64,000 nt of DNA from the human T2T-CHM13v2.0 reference genome, Homo sapiens. A model generated the notes under the pieces. That model made no database searches. It saw nothing but the letters and a program-made list of their open reading frames with translations, and was not told where the DNA came from. The DNA lies in NCBI RefSeq assembly GCF_009914755.1, contig NC_060925.1. The stretch is one strand, 5' to 3'. Of this stretch, positions 58,901 through 64,000 are shown piece after piece; within the stretch, counting starts at the first letter, position 1; each line of letters begins with the position of its first letter. The translations under genes and the position numbers were made by a program.

Positions 58901-61689
58901 AGAGATATTTTTAAATAAATATTCCAATTTATAATTAAATTAATGTTACATGCTTACTAGGAAGTTGTTTCAATTATCACTCTTTTTTAGATGTTGGCTG
59001 CTGGTGTTATGATTATCTCAGGTGATTGAATAATATCAAAATTTGGAAAAGAGATGTAGCAGAAAGAATGTATTTTAGGCATTTCCATTTAGTTTTGTTT
59101 AACTCAGAAAATCATGTGATTCAAGGGTGAATTTTGTTATAGCTTTTCACAAAATTCTCACTTCAATTGAATTGCATGCACTGTGGTCAATCAATGTGTT
59201 AAACTGGATTGTTATTTAAGTCTTCAAGGAGATTGGGTTAATTCAGTATTACTATGAAAAGTTATTGTATAGAAAGGACAACAGAGCAGAGAAGTATAAT
59301 TTGTTATAATTGAAGCAAACATTTGTCTCTGAAGAATGACTATAATTCCACATTTCCTTGAAAAGCCAACAAGCATTTTATAGTTACTAAGAAAAAATAT
59401 ATACTTATAGGTAGATAAAACTGTGTTATGTTTTATTGCAGAGATACATACACAGGAATTTCCTATCATATGCTAAGATAGGCAATGATGCAAAAAGAAT
59501 GAGAAAGTCCATGGAATAAATAATAATATTAAAAAAGAACAGAAATAAGATACAAGAAGAGTTCATGAGTTGTGCAGGGTTCTTTTTCGAAGAATCGTAT
59601 CATACTTTAATTGCATGAGTTTTCCTTCTAAGTTGTATATAAAATAACTTTGCATCTTAATAATGGATTGTATCCTCAAATATATGAAATGTGTTATTGA
59701 TCTATAAATTCTTCTCTGTGCTTAGCATACAATGCCTTGTATATCAACATGCTAGATAGATGTTTGTTCATGTTTGAATTATGAGGTTTCTCGCTTGTAC
59801 TTAAACAATGACTCCATACTTACTGTCTTAAAAATAACATATTAAAATTATCCCTTAACTTAAAAGTTTAAATCATTAAACTTGCACATAATGTTTTATG
59901 TGAAATTTACATTATGTGTTTAATGAATATTTGATATTTTGAATTCTTTAAAAGATTTAGAAAAGATCAATAACATATACTGGAGGTCTTCAGAAAATGT
60001 TTTCATTATTTAAGGACAACAAAATCTCTGATTACATTTTTGACCATTTTTTCAGCAAAGACATATAACTAGTATTTGTTTGTAAGTTTCTGTTGATAAA
60101 ATGCTGACAAGGAAACTGTCAAGCCACTGGAGTCAGTTGTTCACAAAGCCAACATTTAGAAAACACTAAATTTTTCCTTACCATTGATTTTCAAAAAAAT
60201 ATTTTCCTATGATATTTCTTCATCTTATTTGGAGAACTTCAGAAAATGTGGCAAATATTTTGGAGGTTATGGTTTGGATAAAAGAACTATTATATATATA
60301 TATTCTATTATGTATATATAATAATCTATTGTATATATGAAACTATTATGAAATAAAGAGTATGAAATTATAGCTTTTAAGCCTGCTACTTAGTGGAGTG
60401 ATTTTGGGCTAAACAGTCTGTTTTTTCAGAATTCACTGTGTTCATCTAAAACTTAGGATTTGGCTGATAATTGAGTTCTCATACTTCCAACCGTATCTGT
60501 TGTATTCTCTCTCTTTTGTTATAATCTGAATATAGTTATTTAAATTCTTATTATACATCTCAGAATATACTTTGAGAGTTTTTACAATAATTATAGTGTT
60601 TGGAGGATAAAGGCACCCAAATGAGAAGTCATTGTTTTTCATCATTTACTTGGATAATTAACCATGACTATGTGAATGTGTTGGCAGCAATTAATTGTTA
60701 AGACAGTGGAATGTCCATTATAAAAATTATATAACATTTTTATTCTAGAAAATATAGGAATAAGGGAAGGGATGGCACACAAAATGTAAAGGAAATTTTA
60801 CAATCCAAAATATATTTCACCAATAATGCACTATATAGGGGCCTTTGTTATATTTCTCAGCATAATTTTAGATGGAATAAGCAGAATTTGCAACAAATTC
60901 CATTTTAACATTTTTTTTCAATCCTTTGTATAACTTAAGGAAAAATTTATGTAGCAAACTTATAAAAACAGCTTTTGGTCTGCAATAAAATGTATATTAA
61001 TCCCGCTACTAGTCAGCATCTGCTTTGGATATAGAATGCTGAAATCATGTAGATCTTGAAGTGATGCATATAGATCTTGAATTGAAGTGATCCAATTATT
61101 TAAGAGCCATTAAACTGACCTAATTGGGTTGCTGTAGAAAGATTAGACTAGCTTTTCTGCAATCCTGGATATAAAGTGTGTATCTATCTGCAATTTAAAA
61201 AAGAAAAAATATTTGAAGAATCATTTGACTATCAGCAGCCAAATACCTTGCATATTATGTCTTTCATTTCACTTCATAATTGTAGATGTACGTGATGCAT
61301 CTCACCCTTATTTCCTTTATTTTTGTCTATGTGTCTAATAACTTGGAATCCAGAAGAGCTATTTGAATAATTTGTCCCTCTTTCTGGATAAACCAAATCA
61401 TTACTTGACAAAACAAGGATGTAACTCATTAATCAGTAGTGCCTACATTTGAACATGTCACAATGATCTTGAAATGTCTGACCATGCTGCACTGCCATAA
61501 GATAGTTGACTGAAATAAAACATGTATTTTTGTATGCTTTTGAAACTTGTAGTCTGCTGGTCTGAATTTTTTTAAACTAATGTGGTGAATATAGCATAAT
61601 GAAACTTATTTGGATAAATAGCAAATTGAACTTATTCATTGCTGCTATGGAGTGTTTGATTTATTATAATCAAAATGTGATTCTTAACA

Positions 61690-62175
61690 TGTTTTGCAGA
61701 CAACATAATCTTAAATATGGAAATCTCTAACGACTCCACTGAAAAGCTATTAGAACTAATAAAAATATTCAGTTAAGTCACAGGATACAAAATCCACAAT
61801 AAAAAATCAAAAGCATTTCTAGGCAGTGATTGATAGTTAACAGAAAAAAATTAAAAACGTATTTACAATGGTTACAAAAAATAAAGTATCTAGGAATAAA
61901 CTTAACTAATGAGGTGAAAAATCTCTACACTGAAAACTATAAAACATTGATGAAAGAAGTTGAAGACAATACAAATAAATGGAAAGATATTTTACATTCA
62001 TGCACTGAAAAAATTAAAATTGCTAAAATGGCCATAATGCCCAAAGTGATCTACAGAGTTAATGCAATTCTTGTCAAAATATCAATGACATTATTTATAG
62101 AAATAGAAAAAGAAATTCTAAAGTTTGTATGGAACTACAGAAGACCCTGAATAATATACTAAAATAATCTTTGAA
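61690..62175 (+). mobile_element. L1M ORF2 (RT) fragment
   Basis: tttgcagacaacata (decayed FADD); peptide KIKYLGINLTNEVKNLYTENYK...KWKDI. Confidence 0.85.
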
Positions 62176-62994
62176 TAGCACAACTTCACTGTATTTACTA
62201 AAGACATACCTCTCATTAAGACACAAAATTATGACTATAAAAATTGCTTGCCTTTTTTAGTGATATGTTTCAAATGCAGAACTGAGTGATTGATTCTGAT
62301 ATATCTTTGACTGTAAGACCTGGCTTTTAGGAATACATCAAATTTCAGTGAAATAGTACTAGCTACAGTTAATTTTATAAAGATTTTCTTTATTATTTTT
62401 ATTGTGAGAAATAGAAAAACATTTCATAGATGAGATTTTTCACTGCATATACTAATAATGATTGTATGGATGGATATGATGGCTGTCTCACTTCCTTTCA
62501 TTCCCCAGCCAAGAGTCAAGATGCAAGGAACCAAGAAAACAAAAAGTTAATTACTTTGAGGACAAGATCTGTATTAAGCACCAATTATTGCTAGCCGCAT
62601 GCCTCAAGGATCAGAACTCAGTTCCATAAGCATATTTAGCCACAAAGAAAAAAAAATGGGAAAATTTAGTTGCTACCAAACAGCAATTTGTCATGCTAAA
62701 TTTCTTTTACTATGAAAGAAATAAAAAAAAAGAGATGAGAGTGGTGAGTGTGTAATGTCAGCACGAAGAACCAAAGGACTGCCTTAGTAATTGGTTTTTA
62801 TAAAATTCAGAGGAAACCATATTGTCAAATTGAATGGATAAATTTTAAAAACTAACTTTACAATAAATCCATAGCTATAATATTCTTTCTGCAATTTTGA
62901 TATTTCAAATATTCAAAATAATTACAGATTACAAGAACGCTTCCATCAGGCCTTATCAGATTTCCACATTAGTAATGCAGTCTGGCATAAGAAG

Positions 62995-63200
62995 TAACAC
63001 ATAAACTCTAGGGACTATTTGATTCTTAGACCAACTACTTGCTACTCTGTGAATTTACGCAAACTTCTTTATCTCCTTGCGTATTAGTTTCCTCATTTAC
63101 AAAATTAAAAAAATACTAATATGCCTTTTGGGTTGCAGTAAGAATTTTATGAATAAACATTTACATTATTGCCTGGACTATGATAAGCATATGTATGGGC
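62995..63200 (+). mobile_element. MIR
   Basis: ctacttgctactctgtgaatttacgcaaacttcttt...agtttcctcatttacaaaat core. Confidence 0.65.
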
Positions 63201-64000
63201 TGGGCTAACTACTTACCATCTATATTATATCATCTTATATCATCATTAACATTTCTAAGTTTAGATATCTGTTCTAATTTTATAGTTTTAATAAGATACA
63301 CATTTAACAATTTTAAAATAACTGTATTTCAAGACATTGTAAATATTAAAATGAAAATATAAAACATATTTAATGCCCAGAATACCTTATTTAAACATAA
63401 ATGTCTGCTTCCACAGAACTATTTGCAATAAGATAAATGTTTCAGTATTATAATGTCAACTGTAAAATATTATTTTTAAAAGTTCTAATGTTAGGCACTG
63501 ATGAAAATTGGAAATTTCCAAATACTTTATTAAATTTTTGAAAATAAGTGCCAATTCAAATATTAGATTTGATTTTATAGAAAATGAATGTCATTTAATC
63601 TACAGGTATATTTGGGTACCATTTAATTTAAAAAGGACAAAACCAGGATATTTAAACAATTTTTTAAAAAGTATTCAGAATATTTACTTTATTACTTATA
63701 CCTAGAAAGTGAATAATATGTTTTGGTATTGAATGCAAAATTGCCTAACAGTGTTTCATTCAGAAATCTGAGTGGGACAGTTATTGATGAAGTTATTTAG
63801 ATGAAACATAAAAGCATTATTTTAAAAGACTCTTTAAAAAGTTTGCAAGAATTATGTGATGCGTGTCTATCACTGGATACTATCTAGTACTTCAAGTTTA
63901 AAAATTGCAAATATTGTTCTTCCAATCTTTCTTATTCCTTTATACTTAACGGAATTAACCTACAACCATCAGACCAAGCAAGAATATTTCAACTGTCATT

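Overview
Primate genomic DNA, catarrhine and probably ape, judged from AluY, L1PA4-like and HERV9/LTR12 elements. It is AT-rich, CpG-poor and repeat-dense, typical of intergenic or deep-intronic sequence. I find no host protein-coding exon, RNA gene or CpG island. Every ORF I can recognise is a decayed L1 ORF2, HERV9 gag/pro/pol/env, MaLR, Alu or simple-repeat read-through. The window holds L1 elements of many ages, about ten Alus, L2/MIR relics, MST and THE1 MaLR proviruses, three solo LTRs and a chimeric HERV9 fragment with two different RNase H domains. The most unusual signal is four local template-copy scars: (1) a 155-bp inverted copy of the neighbouring L1 pasted into a MER52 LTR behind a fold-back junction; (2) a 54-bp-arm palindrome inside the same L1; (3) a perfect 144-bp duplication whose spacer is made of inverted flank snippets; (4) a 105-bp copy of sequence 3.9 kb away inserted into an old L1. 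I see no evidence of a new gene-encoded system. Subfamily names come from remembered consensus sequences and need RepeatMasker/Dfam confirmation.
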